Of a stretch of DNA of 64,000 bases, positions 18,927 through 26,548 are shown piece by piece. A program made the translations under genes and the position numbers. Positions within the stretch are counted from its first letter, which is position 1, and each line of letters opens with the position of its first letter. The DNA comes from Veillonellales bacterium (GTDB taxonomy: Bacteria; Bacillota; Negativicutes; Veillonellales; Dialisteraceae), in the NCBI GenBank assembly GCA_944390485.1, contig CALXPQ010000004.1, positions 33,985-97,984 of the forward strand. The letters run 5' to 3'. Under the pieces are notes generated by a model, which was not told the origin of the DNA, searched no databases, and worked only from the letters and a program-made list of their open reading frames with translations.

Positions 18927-18955
18927 ATCATACAAAAATCCGCGGGGAGTGTCAA
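18927..18955 (-). promoter_or_regulatory. consensus sigma-70 promoter
   Basis: The minus strand reads TTGACA (18955-18950), a 17-nt spacer, then TATGAT (18932-18927). Confidence 0.6.
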
Positions 18956-18993
18956 TGAAATCCGCCGCGGGAAGGGGCGCGCCGCCGCGCATG

Positions 18994-19023
18994 AAAAAAT
19001 CCTCCCGCGCGGGAAGGGGAGGC
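18994..19023 (-). terminator. intrinsic terminator downstream of corA
   Basis: Stem CCTCCC (19001-19006) pairs with GGGAGG (19017-19022). The minus-strand U-run comes from AAAAAA at 18994-18999. Confidence 0.55.
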
Positions 19024-19974
19024 TCAGAGCATATCCTTCTTCCAGAGGACGTACGCCACGACGATGGTGAAGAGCACGCCGAAGAGGATGAGGCTCATGA
19101 ATCCCATGGGGGAGTCTCCCATGGGCACGGGGACGTTCACGCCCCACAGGCTGTACACAAGGGTGGGCACCGCGAGGAGGATCGTCATGGACGTGAGGAA
19201 TTTCATGATCTGCGCCAGGCGGTTCGAGATGATGGAGGAGAAGGCGTCCATCATGGACATGAGGATGTTCGTATAGATCTCCACCATTTCGAGGGCCTGC
19301 TTGTTTTCGATGATCACGTCTTCGAGGAGGTCCTCGTCTTCCTCGTACATCTTGAGGAGAGAGTTCATGTTGCTTGTGCGCAGGCGGAGCAGGCGCTCCA
19401 TGACGTTTTCATTCGCGTGGAGGGCGAAGTTGAAGTACGTCAGGGATTTCTGCAGCTCCAGCATGCGGAAGAGCTCTTTGTTCTGCATGGACTTCCGCAC
19501 CTGGTCCTCGATGAGGTCGGTCTTCTTGTAGATCTGCTGCAGGAAATACAGGAAGGACGACGAGGCGGTGGACAGGATCTGGAAGAGGAAGCGGGTCTTC
19601 TTGTAGGTGTGGAAGGAGACGGACGTATTCGCGAGGAATTTTCCCAGGACGACGCTCTCTTCGAGGCACACGGTGATGAAGAAATTCCGCGTGATGAAGA
19701 TGCCGAGCGGCAGGGCGTCGTACTCGTCCTGCTCGAGGACGACCGGCGTATTCACGACGACGAAGATGTATTCGTCCTCCAGCTCGACGTGGGACCGTTC
19801 CTCCCGGTCGAGGGCGGTCTGCAGGACGTCCACCGGGATGCCGGACAGGGCCTGCAGGCGGTGGAGTTCTTCTTCCGTGGGGGAGGCGCAGTTGATCCAC
19901 GAGCCTTTCTCGGCCAGGTCGAGGTCAATCTCGCAGAGCGCGTGGTTCTCATCGTGCTTGTACGCTTTGAGCAT
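19024..19974 (-). CDS. corA: CorA-family divalent metal ion transporter with a GVN (not GMN) signature
   Basis: It has the CorA architecture with two C-terminal TM helices. The signature loop reads YSLWGVNVPVP where CorA normally has YGMNF. The start is at MLKAYKH (19974) with an AAAGGAG RBS. Confidence 0.8.
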   Translation of the reverse strand: MLKAYKHDENHALCEIDLDLAEKGSWINCASPTEEELHRLQALSGIPVDVLQTALDREERSHVELEDEYIFVVVNTPVVLEQDEYDALPLGIFITRNFFITVCLEESVVLGKFLANTSVSFHTYKKTRFLFQILSTASSSFLYFLQQIYKKTDLIEDQVRKSMQNKELFRMLELQKSLTYFNFALHANENVMERLLRLRTSNMNSLLKMYEEDEDLLEDVIIENKQALEMVEIYTNILMSMMDAFSSIISNRLAQIMKFLTSMTILLAVPTLVYSLWGVNVPVPMGDSPMGFMSLILFGVLFTIVVAYVLWKKDML

Positions 19975-20039
19975 CGCCGGTCTCCTTTCCCGCAGAGAAA
20001 AGCAGGACATGTCCTGCGCCGTCTGTCACTTACAAATGT

Positions 20040-20068
20040 AATATAAGCAACGGCGGGACGTCTGTCAA
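20040..20068 (-). promoter_or_regulatory. sigma-70 promoter for corA
   Basis: The minus strand reads TTGACA (20068-20063), a 17-nt spacer, then TATATT (20045-20040). Confidence 0.55.
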
Positions 20069-20070
20069 AT

Positions 20071-20099
20071 GAAAAAGCGCAGGGCCGCTGCCTGCGCTG
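20071..20099 (-). terminator. intrinsic terminator downstream of pfkA
   Basis: Stem GCGCAGG (20077-20083) pairs with CCTGCGC (20091-20097). The minus-strand U-run comes from AAAAA at 20072-20076. Confidence 0.6.
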
Positions 20100-20102
20100 A
20101 GA

Positions 20103-21080
20103 TCACGGATGGACGGAGCGTCCCGCGCCGATCCGCATGGCGAGATCGTACCCCGCCTGATAGAATTCGCGCGTCTCGCGGAACGCTTCTTCATAGGAAA
20201 TGATGTGGGTCCGGCTGTTCCGGAATCCCGCGAGGAATCCCCGGCGGCCTTCGGCGAGCCCGTCCACGGCGGCTGCGCCGAGCACTGCCCCGAGGAGCGC
20301 GTCCCGCGCGGTGGGCGCGCCGCCCCGCTGGATGTAGCCGAGGATGGTGGCGCATACGTCGATGCCCGTGGCGTCCCGGAGCCACCGGGCGAGGGCCTGC
20401 CCGTCTGCGGCGCCTTCGGCGCAGATGATGATGCTGTTCGTACGGCCTTCCTTCTGCATGTCCGTGAGCGCGGCGGCGATGGTCTCCTTCGAGAAGGGCA
20501 CTTCCGGCACGAGGGTGAACTCCGCCCCGCCGGCGAGGCCAGCCGCGAGGGCGATGTGCCCGGCGTGGCGGCCCATCACTTCCACCACCGCGGCCCGGTC
20601 GTGAGAGGCGGCGGTGTCCCGGATGCGGGCGACCGCCTCGAGGACGGTGTTCACCGCGGTGTCGTAGCCGATGGTCTCTTCCGTGCCGCACATGTCGTTG
20701 TCGATGGTGGCGGGGACGGTGGCCGTGGCGGTGCCCAGCGCTTCGAGGGCGGCCGCCCCGGCCATGGAGCCGTCGCCGCCGATGACGATGAGCGCGTCGA
20801 TCTCCTTCTCCCGGAGGAGGGCGGCGGCCCGCTCCTGCGCGGCCTTTTCGCGGAAGGCGGGGCAGCGGGCGGTCTTCAGCACCGTGCCGCCGTGGTGGAC
20901 GATGCCGCCGGCGTCGCGCCAGCCGAGGCGGATCATGTCGCCGGCGAGGAGCCCTTCGTAGCCGCGGAAGACGCCCCACGTCTCGATGCCGCGGGAAGCG
21001 GCGCTCCGGAGGATGCTGCGGATGGCGGCGTTCATGCCGGGCGAGTCGCCGCCGCTGGTGAGGAAAGCGATGCGTTTCAT
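20103..21080 (-). CDS. pfkA: ATP-dependent 6-phosphofructokinase
   Basis: MKRIAFLTSGGDSPGMNAAIRS..., IGGDGS and PATIDND motifs are present. Confidence 0.95.
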   Translation of the reverse strand: MKRIAFLTSGGDSPGMNAAIRSILRSAASRGIETWGVFRGYEGLLAGDMIRLGWRDAGGIVHHGGTVLKTARCPAFREKAAQERAAALLREKEIDALIVIGGDGSMAGAAALEALGTATATVPATIDNDMCGTEETIGYDTAVNTVLEAVARIRDTAASHDRAAVVEVMGRHAGHIALAAGLAGGAEFTLVPEVPFSKETIAAALTDMQKEGRTNSIIICAEGAADGQALARWLRDATGIDVCATILGYIQRGGAPTARDALLGAVLGAAAVDGLAEGRRGFLAGFRNSRTHIISYEEAFRETREFYQAGYDLAMRIGAGRSVHP

Positions 21081-21081
21081 G

Positions 21082-21645
21082 TTATCTCCTGTCGTATCTG
21101 TCCCGTTCGTGGCGTTTGATGAATTCGATGTGATGGCGGTCGATGAAGCGGGCGATGAGAAGCGCGGTCTGCGCGGGATGGCGGTTCGTCGTATTGAAGA
21201 CGGCGTCCGCCCGCGGCTTCCACGATTCCCACTGGTTCCTCATGCGGCGCACGAAGCCGTCCACATTGGAGTAGTCCATGGTGGGCCGCTTCCCGATGCG
21301 CTTCGACACGCGCTCCGCCAGGCGGAAGGGGCGCGCCACGAGGAGGATCACCAGCCCGTGCTCGGAAAGAAGGCGGAACTTCTCTTCCGTCATGGGGAAA
21401 TTGCCGCCCATGGCGATGACCGCTTCGTGATAGTAGCGCACGTGATTGATGATGTCCATTTCCGTCTCGGCGAATGCCTCCGGTCCGGCATTGCGCCAGT
21501 AGTCGGCGATCTTTTCCCCGGTCATCCGCTCCATGATGCGGTCCGTGTCCGCCAGCTGCCAGCCGAGGCCATCAGCGAGAATCTTTGCGGCGCGGCTCTT
21601 CCCCGTGCCCATCGGACCGATCAGTACGATGTTTCTCTTCTTCAT
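21082..21645 (-). CDS. aroK: shikimate kinase
   Basis: It has the P-loop NIVLIGPMGTGKSRAAKILA followed by DTD. Length is 187 aa, and it lies directly upstream of pfkA with a 1-nt gap. Confidence 0.8.
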   Translation of the reverse strand: MKKRNIVLIGPMGTGKSRAAKILADGLGWQLADTDRIMERMTGEKIADYWRNAGPEAFAETEMDIINHVRYYHEAVIAMGGNFPMTEEKFRLLSEHGLVILLVARPFRLAERVSKRIGKRPTMDYSNVDGFVRRMRNQWESWKPRADAVFNTTNRHPAQTALLIARFIDRHHIEFIKRHERDRYDRR

Positions 21646-22123
21646 AGGTACCTCTGCTCCGGTACGCGCAGAGCTCCAGCTCGAAGGCGAGGCGGTCTCC
21701 CTCCCGCTCCAGGCGGAGGAGGTCTGCGGATACCCAATGCTTTTTTTGTATTATATCAAAAAGGGAGAGGACCTGTGCGAAATTTCCGGCTCCGGTGAGT
21801 TTCATTTTCAAAATGTCCCCGGCGGCTTCCGCCTGCGGAGGCTCTTCGGAGACTTCTTCGATCTGTGCGCCGCCGCGGAGACGGTCCGGCAGGGCGAGGA
21901 AATCCGAGGCGGGGAAGGCGAAGGGATCGGCAGGAGCCGCCCGCGGGGCAGCGGCGAAGGCGGCCGACGCGTCGTTCCGCGCGGCAAGGGAAGCAGCCCG
22001 CCCCTCCGCCCGCCCGGCAGCGCGGCAGAAGAGGACGGCAAGGGTGAGGAAGACGACCGCCGCCGCGGCGAAGAGCGCCGTCTGCCGGTCCCGGGACAGT
22101 GAGGGATGGGGCAGGCGGATCAT
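21572..22123 (-). CDS. PilO/GspM-like pilus assembly protein
   Basis: This is an internal start (MIRLPH..., GGGAGG RBS) within track ORF 21572-22678, and it overlaps the upstream stop as ATGA. It has one TM helix (ALFAAAAVVFLTLAVLF). The C-terminal domain then reads ILKMKLTGAGNFAQVLSLFDIIQK...LLRLEREGDRLAFELELCAY. It overlaps the aroK start by 74 nt. Confidence 0.55.
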   Translation of the reverse strand: MIRLPHPSLSRDRQTALFAAAAVVFLTLAVLFCRAAGRAEGRAASLAARNDASAAFAAAPRAAPADPFAFPASDFLALPDRLRGGAQIEEVSEEPPQAEAAGDILKMKLTGAGNFAQVLSLFDIIQKKHWVSADLLRLEREGDRLAFELELCAYRSRGTYEEEKHRTDRSDGHGEEPRRKDSR

Positions 22124-23361
22124 GAAGCGCCTCCCGCCGCGGGCGTGCATAGGAGAGCGAAGCGCACGAAAGGGAGCCCCGCTTCGCGGCGGAGGGACTC
22201 CACGCGGCAGGGCGTCCCCCACGCCGCGGAGAGGCGGCTCTGGAATTCCGGCACGGCGCGGCTCTCGGCGGCGGCCCCTTCGAGGCGGATGCGCCCGCCG
22301 TCCGAGGTGATCTTCCGGAGGGTGACGCCCGCGGGCAGGGCTTCGGAGAGCGAGAGGAGCTTCTGCTCCCAGTGCGGGTCGGATTCGATGAAGGCGCGCC
22401 CTTCTTCCCGGGCGGCCCGGCAGGCGGCGTCCGCTTTCTGCACGGCGGCCATGGCGCGCCAGGCGTCGGTGAGGCCGGCGGCCCGCGTCTCTTCCGCGGC
22501 GAGGGCCTCTCCCGCGCGGACCCAGGACGCGCCGAAGCAGAGCGCCGCCAGGGCGAAGGCGAGGCACGCGCCCTGCGCCAGGCGGAGCCACCGCGTCCGG
22601 CGGGAAAAGAAGGGCTGGTCCCGGTCTTCGGGGAAAGCCAGATTCATCGCAGGCGGTCCGGCGAGGCGGCGCGCCCATGCGCGGAGGGCTTTGTCATAGT
22701 CCGGCCTGTCCGGGAACGCTGCCCCGGCGAGAGCGGCCCAGTCTTCCGCCCGGCAGTCCGCCAGCGGGAGCGGCACCGCGGAAAGGCCGTGTTCCGCGAG
22801 GAAATCGGAGAGCGCCGGGGCGGTCCCAGCATCGAAGCGGCGCTTTGCGAGGCCGCCGCCTTCCCGGTACAGCGCCGCCCCGTGCCGGCGGCCGATGAGG
22901 ACGAGGCATTCGTCCGCCGCCGGGACGGGCGGGACCGCTTCAGACAGGCGCAGGCCCGCGGCGCGCGCCCCTTCGGCCCACGGGCGGAGTGTGTCTTCTC
23001 TCACCGCCGCGGCGGTCACGTCCCAGCCGTCCGGGCCGAGGGAGACGGCGGTCCAGTCCATGGCGAGCGGCGCGTCCGTGCGGAAGAGGCGGTCCGCCTC
23101 CCAGCGCAGGGTCTCGGCGAGCTCGTCCTCCGTCATGGCGGGGAAGCGGCGGCTCTCCGCACGGACGTCCGGGAAGGTCACGGCGAGGCGCACCCGTCCG
23201 GCCGCGGGACAGCGGGCCGCCGCTTCGCGAAAGAGAGAGGCCGGCGCTGTTTCCCGTGAAACCGGCAGGAAGAATCCGTCCTGCACTGCGCCTCCGTCCA
23301 GCAGGGCGAACCAGACGCGCTCCGCGCCGGGGACGCACAACAGCCGCTTACCATTTTTCAT
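22120..23361 (-). CDS. pilus assembly platform protein with GspL-like topology (PilM-like cytoplasmic domain + TM + PilN-like periplasmic domain)
   Basis: Length is 413 aa. A cytoplasmic region of about 245 aa is followed by one TM helix (LAQGACLAFALAALCFGASWV) and a C-terminal domain of about 145 aa. It has an AAGGAGG RBS and sits between the minor pilins and the PilO-like gene. Confidence 0.5.
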   Translation of the reverse strand: MKNGKRLLCVPGAERVWFALLDGGAVQDGFFLPVSRETAPASLFREAAARCPAAGRVRLAVTFPDVRAESRRFPAMTEDELAETLRWEADRLFRTDAPLAMDWTAVSLGPDGWDVTAAAVREDTLRPWAEGARAAGLRLSEAVPPVPAADECLVLIGRRHGAALYREGGGLAKRRFDAGTAPALSDFLAEHGLSAVPLPLADCRAEDWAALAGAAFPDRPDYDKALRAWARRLAGPPAMNLAFPEDRDQPFFSRRTRWLRLAQGACLAFALAALCFGASWVRAGEALAAEETRAAGLTDAWRAMAAVQKADAACRAAREEGRAFIESDPHWEQKLLSLSEALPAGVTLRKITSDGGRIRLEGAAAESRAVPEFQSRLSAAWGTPCRVESLRREAGLPFVRFALLCTPAAGGAS

Positions 23362-23782
23362 TGCCTGCCTCCTTCACCGTCACCGTGCGGCCGCCGTCCT
23401 CCGCCACATCCACCGTGAGCACCGTATACCGGAGCACGCCCGACGCGGTCTCGAGGCCGCGGGCGTACACCGTGCCGGTCCAGTGCGCCGCTTCTTCCGG
23501 CGTTTCTTCTTCCGCTGCGCGCACGAGGCGCACCTCCGTCTCCGTGCCCGGCCCGCAGGGAAAGGACGCGCGATGCTCTTCCGCCAGTCCATACTCCTTT
23601 ATATACAGGAGGCCCCACACGGCTCCGCTCTCCGCGGCGTACTGCGCGGCCAGCCCTTCGCGGTACCGCTCCGCCGTGCGGCCTGTGTGCGCCGCCGCCG
23701 AGACGAGGCCCGCCGCGGCCGCCGCCAGTCCGGAGAACGCGAGCAGGAGCCACAGGGCGAGCACGCCGCGCCGCCTACGCAT
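23348..23782 (-). CDS. minor pilin-like / ComGG-PilX-like protein
   Basis: The N-terminus MRRRRG-VLALWLLLAFSGLAAAAAG is a prepilin-like leader plus a hydrophobic helix. The start is taken at the ATG at 23782 (AGGTGAG 6 nt upstream); the track start at 23791 is GTG. Confidence 0.5.
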   Translation of the reverse strand: MRRRRGVLALWLLLAFSGLAAAAAGLVSAAAHTGRTAERYREGLAAQYAAESGAVWGLLYIKEYGLAEEHRASFPCGPGTETEVRLVRAAEEETPEEAAHWTGTVYARGLETASGVLRYTVLTVDVAEDGGRTVTVKEAGNEKW

Positions 23783-24302
23783 AGGGCTCACCTACGAGGA
23801 AATAATCCTCCAGCGGGAGCACGGCTGTCTCCACGGCGAAGTGGTCCGCCGCCCCGTGCCGCCGGAGTTCGTAGGCCAGATGCACCAGCCCGCCGGATTC
23901 GGTCCGGAAATAAGACGCCTCCCCGAGAGGGCGCACCTCGTACAGGAGAGGCTCCTCGCCGCCGGTGATGGGCTGTTTCCGCCCCGTGTACAGCTTGAGC
24001 TTCCATTCCTTTTCCTCTACAAGAAAGGTGTAGGGGCGGAGCCGACCGTCTGCGGCGATGGCGGCCACCTTATACGAAGTCGCGGGGCCCGCCGTGCCAT
24101 CCGCGCGCTTCCGGGAGTGGCGGATCTTGTCCGTGATGTAATCGCACGCGAAGAGGGCGCTCTCCTCGCTGTGGAGACGCCGCTCCAGCGCGGCGGACGC
24201 GCCCGCCGTCTGTGCGACTGCGGGAAAGACGGCCGCCGCGAGCGACGCCGTGAGGGCGAGCGCGAGGAGCGCGTCCAGAAAGAGAAAGCCCCGCCGCTTC
24301 AT
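23775..24302 (-). CDS. prepilin-type N-terminal domain protein (minor pseudopilin)
   Basis: This is an internal start, MKRRG-FLFLDALLALALTASLAAAV. It overlaps the upstream stop as ATGA. Asp replaces the usual Glu at +5. Confidence 0.55.
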   Translation of the reverse strand: MKRRGFLFLDALLALALTASLAAAVFPAVAQTAGASAALERRLHSEESALFACDYITDKIRHSRKRADGTAGPATSYKVAAIAADGRLRPYTFLVEEKEWKLKLYTGRKQPITGGEEPLLYEVRPLGEASYFRTESGGLVHLAYELRRHGAADHFAVETAVLPLEDYFLVGEPYA

Positions 24303-24676
24303 GGCGCGGCCTCCTCCGCCGGCCCGATGACCGCACGGAACGTGACGGACCCGCCGCGTTCTGCCGTGACCGTGACGGCCGCCGCCGTGCACGGGAGTCC
24401 CGCGGGGGACGCGGCTTCCCGGCGGGCCTCCACCGCGTAGCGCTTTCCGTTCCGCTCTGCCTCCTGCGGGATGGGGAGCGATGCGTCGAAGCGCTCGTTA
24501 TATTTCATCGTTTCCATCGCTTCCTCCGCGAGAAGCGTCATGTCCGCCGTCTCTGCCGCGCGCGCTTCCGCCCGGGCCGCCGCGGCGGTGAGGGCGAGCG
24601 TGCTCCCGCCGAGGATGAGGAGAAGGCACGACGCCATCTGCACCCACAGAAGGAGCAGGCCGTTTCTTCGTTTCAT
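24299..24676 (-). CDS. minor pilin-like protein
   Basis: The N-terminus is MKRRNG-LLLLWVQMASCLLLILGG. AAGGAGG lies 7 nt upstream of the ATG. Confidence 0.5.
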   Translation of the reverse strand: MKRRNGLLLLWVQMASCLLLILGGSTLALTAAAARAEARAAETADMTLLAEEAMETMKYNERFDASLPIPQEAERNGKRYAVEARREAASPAGLPCTAAAVTVTAERGGSVTFRAVIGPAEEAAP

Positions 24677-24751
24677 GGGCAGTCCCTCCTTGTCATCCGC
24701 CGGCGGCGGGGGTATGATTCATCCAAAGAAACAGGAAAGCAGGTGATCGGT

Positions 24752-25510
24752 ATGAGCGAGTCTCTCCGCGAAGGCGTCCTCGCCTATGCAGAGGACTGTT
24801 ACGGGACGGAGCCGGAATATCTGTGGGAGCGCTTCCCGCGCTACGCGGTGCTGCGCCGGCCGGACAGCGGGAAATGGTACGGCCTCATCATGGACGTGCC
24901 GCGGGACCGGCTGGGTCTTGGCGGGGCGGAGCGTGCGGACATCCTCGACGTGAAGGTGGACGACCCGTTTCTCCGGGACGACCTTCTGCGCCGGCCGGGG
25001 TATCTGCCGGGGTACCATCTCTCGTCCCGCACATGGACGGCGGTCCTTCTCGACGGGACGGTGCCGCTGTCGGAGATCTGCGCCGTGCTGGACGCGAGCT
25101 GGCGTGCGGCGGAGAAAAAGCGGAAGGCGGCGAAGTCCCGCGCGCCGAAAGAATGGCTCGTCCCGGCGAACCCCGCCTATTTCGACGTGGACGCGGCGTT
25201 CGCCGCTTCCGACGTCATCACCTGGAAACAGAGCAGCTCCGTCCGGCCGGGCGACACGGTCTTCCTCTACATGGGCGCGCCGGTGTCCGCGGTGTGCTGG
25301 CAGTGCCGCGTCCTCGAGACGGATCTCCCGTACGACTACCAGGACGAGCACCTCACCATCCGGCGGGTGATGAAGATCCAGAAGCGGCAGCATTACGAAC
25401 CTTCGCAGTTCCCGCTGTCCCTTTTGAAGACATACGGAGTCTTCGCCGTGCGGGGGCCGCGGAGCGTGCCCACCCGCCTCAGCACCTGCCTGCACCGGGC
25501 CGACCGGTGA
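24752..25510 (+). CDS. MmcQ/YjbR-family DNA-binding domain fused to a PUA/EVE-like C-terminal domain
   Basis: The N-terminal half (YGTEPEYLWERFPRYAVLRRPDSGKWYGLIMDV...ILDVKVDP...YHLSSRTWTAVLLDG) is YjbR-like. The C-terminal half (EWLVPANPAYFDVDAAF...ITWKQSSSVRPGDTVFLYMGAPVSAV) resembles the EVE/PUA-like fold. Confidence 0.6.
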   Translation: MSESLREGVLAYAEDCYGTEPEYLWERFPRYAVLRRPDSGKWYGLIMDVPRDRLGLGGAERADILDVKVDDPFLRDDLLRRPGYLPGYHLSSRTWTAVLLDGTVPLSEICAVLDASWRAAEKKRKAAKSRAPKEWLVPANPAYFDVDAAFAASDVITWKQSSSVRPGDTVFLYMGAPVSAVCWQCRVLETDLPYDYQDEHLTIRRVMKIQKRQHYEPSQFPLSLLKTYGVFAVRGPRSVPTRLSTCLHRADR

Positions 25511-25514
25511 AACG

Positions 25515-25539
25515 GGCCGCCGCGAGGCGGTCTTTTTTT
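25515..25539 (+). terminator. intrinsic terminator after the YjbR-like gene
   Basis: Stem GGCCGCC (25515-25521) pairs with GGCGGTC (25526-25532), followed by TTTTTTT. Confidence 0.65.
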
Positions 25540-25545
25540 GTGCTC

Positions 25546-26064
25546 TCAGCGCGGCACCGTCTCCACGCGCACCCGCCCTGTATACATGGAGACGACCACC
25601 TTGCGCGCGGTATCGGACGATAGACTATATAATTCAAATTGAAAATCATCGCTTTTCCCGGCAAACACATCTTTGTCGAACCGAAGAATTACGGAATCCG
25701 GCTGTATAAAAATATCGGTCGGAAAATAGCCTGTCGGCGGCGTGCTTTGTACGCCTCGGCGGCAGTAATAGTAAATGTGATTGCCTCGTTGTTGCAGATA
25801 CAATTCTTTATATTCCCTTGTCAGTGTCCCGGGGTACTGCGCGTCTCCGTTTTTCGCATCCGCCTGCACGGTGCGGATGAGAGCGCTCGCCTCCGCCGCG
25901 GCCAGATCGAGCCGCCGCTCTTCCATCCAGTCCGCCATGGAAGGCAGGAGCAGTCCCGCGGCGAGCGCCGTGATGCCCGCAAGGAGCAGCGCTTCCAGCA
26001 GGAGCAGGCCCCGCCGCTTACCACAGGGACAGCCATGCGGTCCACAGCGATTCGCCCCAGACAT
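25546..26064 (-). CDS. prepilin-type pseudopilin (GspH/FimT-like)
   Basis: This is an internal start; the leader ...GKRRG-LLLLEALLLAGITALAAGLLLP has the canonical Glu at +5. The only ATG (26064) overlaps the peptidase gene by 47 nt. Confidence 0.55.
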   Translation of the reverse strand: MSGANRCGPHGCPCGKRRGLLLLEALLLAGITALAAGLLLPSMADWMEERRLDLAAAEASALIRTVQADAKNGDAQYPGTLTREYKELYLQQRGNHIYYYCRRGVQSTPPTGYFPTDIFIQPDSVILRFDKDVFAGKSDDFQFELYSLSSDTARKVVVSMYTGRVRVETVPR

Positions 26065-26548
26065 AGGCGGCACCTCCGGACAAACAGAGAAACGGCGCGA
26101 ACGGCAGGTCGTCGCGCAGGCGTTTCCGCTTCGTGAGGAGGAGCGCCGCGCCGGCGAGGCCGCCCAGCACGCACGCGCCCCACGCGAAAAGAAGCGTCCC
26201 CTCCCATGGGAGCCACAGCGCCGCCGCGCCCGCCAGAGGCGCATCGCCGCCGCCCGCCGCGCCGCACCGGGCAAGGACGCACAGGATGAGGAACAGGAGC
26301 CCCGCGGCGAAAAGGTCCGGCCATGAACCGCCGGTCATCCAGCGGGACAGGCCGCCCGCCGCGAGCGCGAGGGACCAGCCGTCGGAAATATACCCCGTGC
26401 GGCCGTCTTCCCACGCCGCCCCGGCAAGGAGCAGCACGAAAACCGCGCCGCTCCACGGGGAACGCACTGCCGAGAGGACGGCCGCGAGAAGCCCTGCCGC
26501 CGCTGCGGCAAGGACGGGGACCGGGCAGCGGAGCAGACGGCGGGTCAT
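26018..26548 (-). CDS. pilD: A24-family prepilin peptidase (short form, no methyltransferase domain)
   Basis: This is the internal start MTRRLL... It is polytopic with two Asp motifs (AAWEDGRTGYISD and CGAAGGGDAPLAG). It overlaps the pilin stop as ATGA. Confidence 0.65.
   Translation of the reverse strand: MTRRLLRCPVPVLAAAAAGLLAAVLSAVRSPWSGAVFVLLLAGAAWEDGRTGYISDGWSLALAAGGLSRWMTGGSWPDLFAAGLLFLILCVLARCGAAGGGDAPLAGAAALWLPWEGTLLFAWGACVLGGLAGAALLLTKRKRLRDDLPFAPFLCLSGGAAYVWGESLWTAWLSLW

Noticed and set aside
18850-19000. A purine or ZTP (pfl) riboswitch upstream of the oxidoreductase-purB operon.
   Set aside because: The leader is only about 60 nt. It lacks the purine-riboswitch core (UAUA...GGAUAUGGC...CCGUAAA) and the ZTP GGGUCGUGA element. 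Only a loose resemblance to CCGCCUGGG exists, and that lies inside the terminator.
19975-20040. An M-box (Mg2+) riboswitch upstream of corA.
   Set aside because: The leader is far too short (about 60 nt against about 160 nt), and no conserved M-box helices are present.
21572-22678. The 368-aa ORF as a single gene.
   Set aside because: Its N-terminal 185 aa are an Arg/Pro/Gly-rich shadow frame overlapping the GspL-like gene. The real product starts at the internal ATG at 22123, with a GGGAGG RBS and ATGA coupling.
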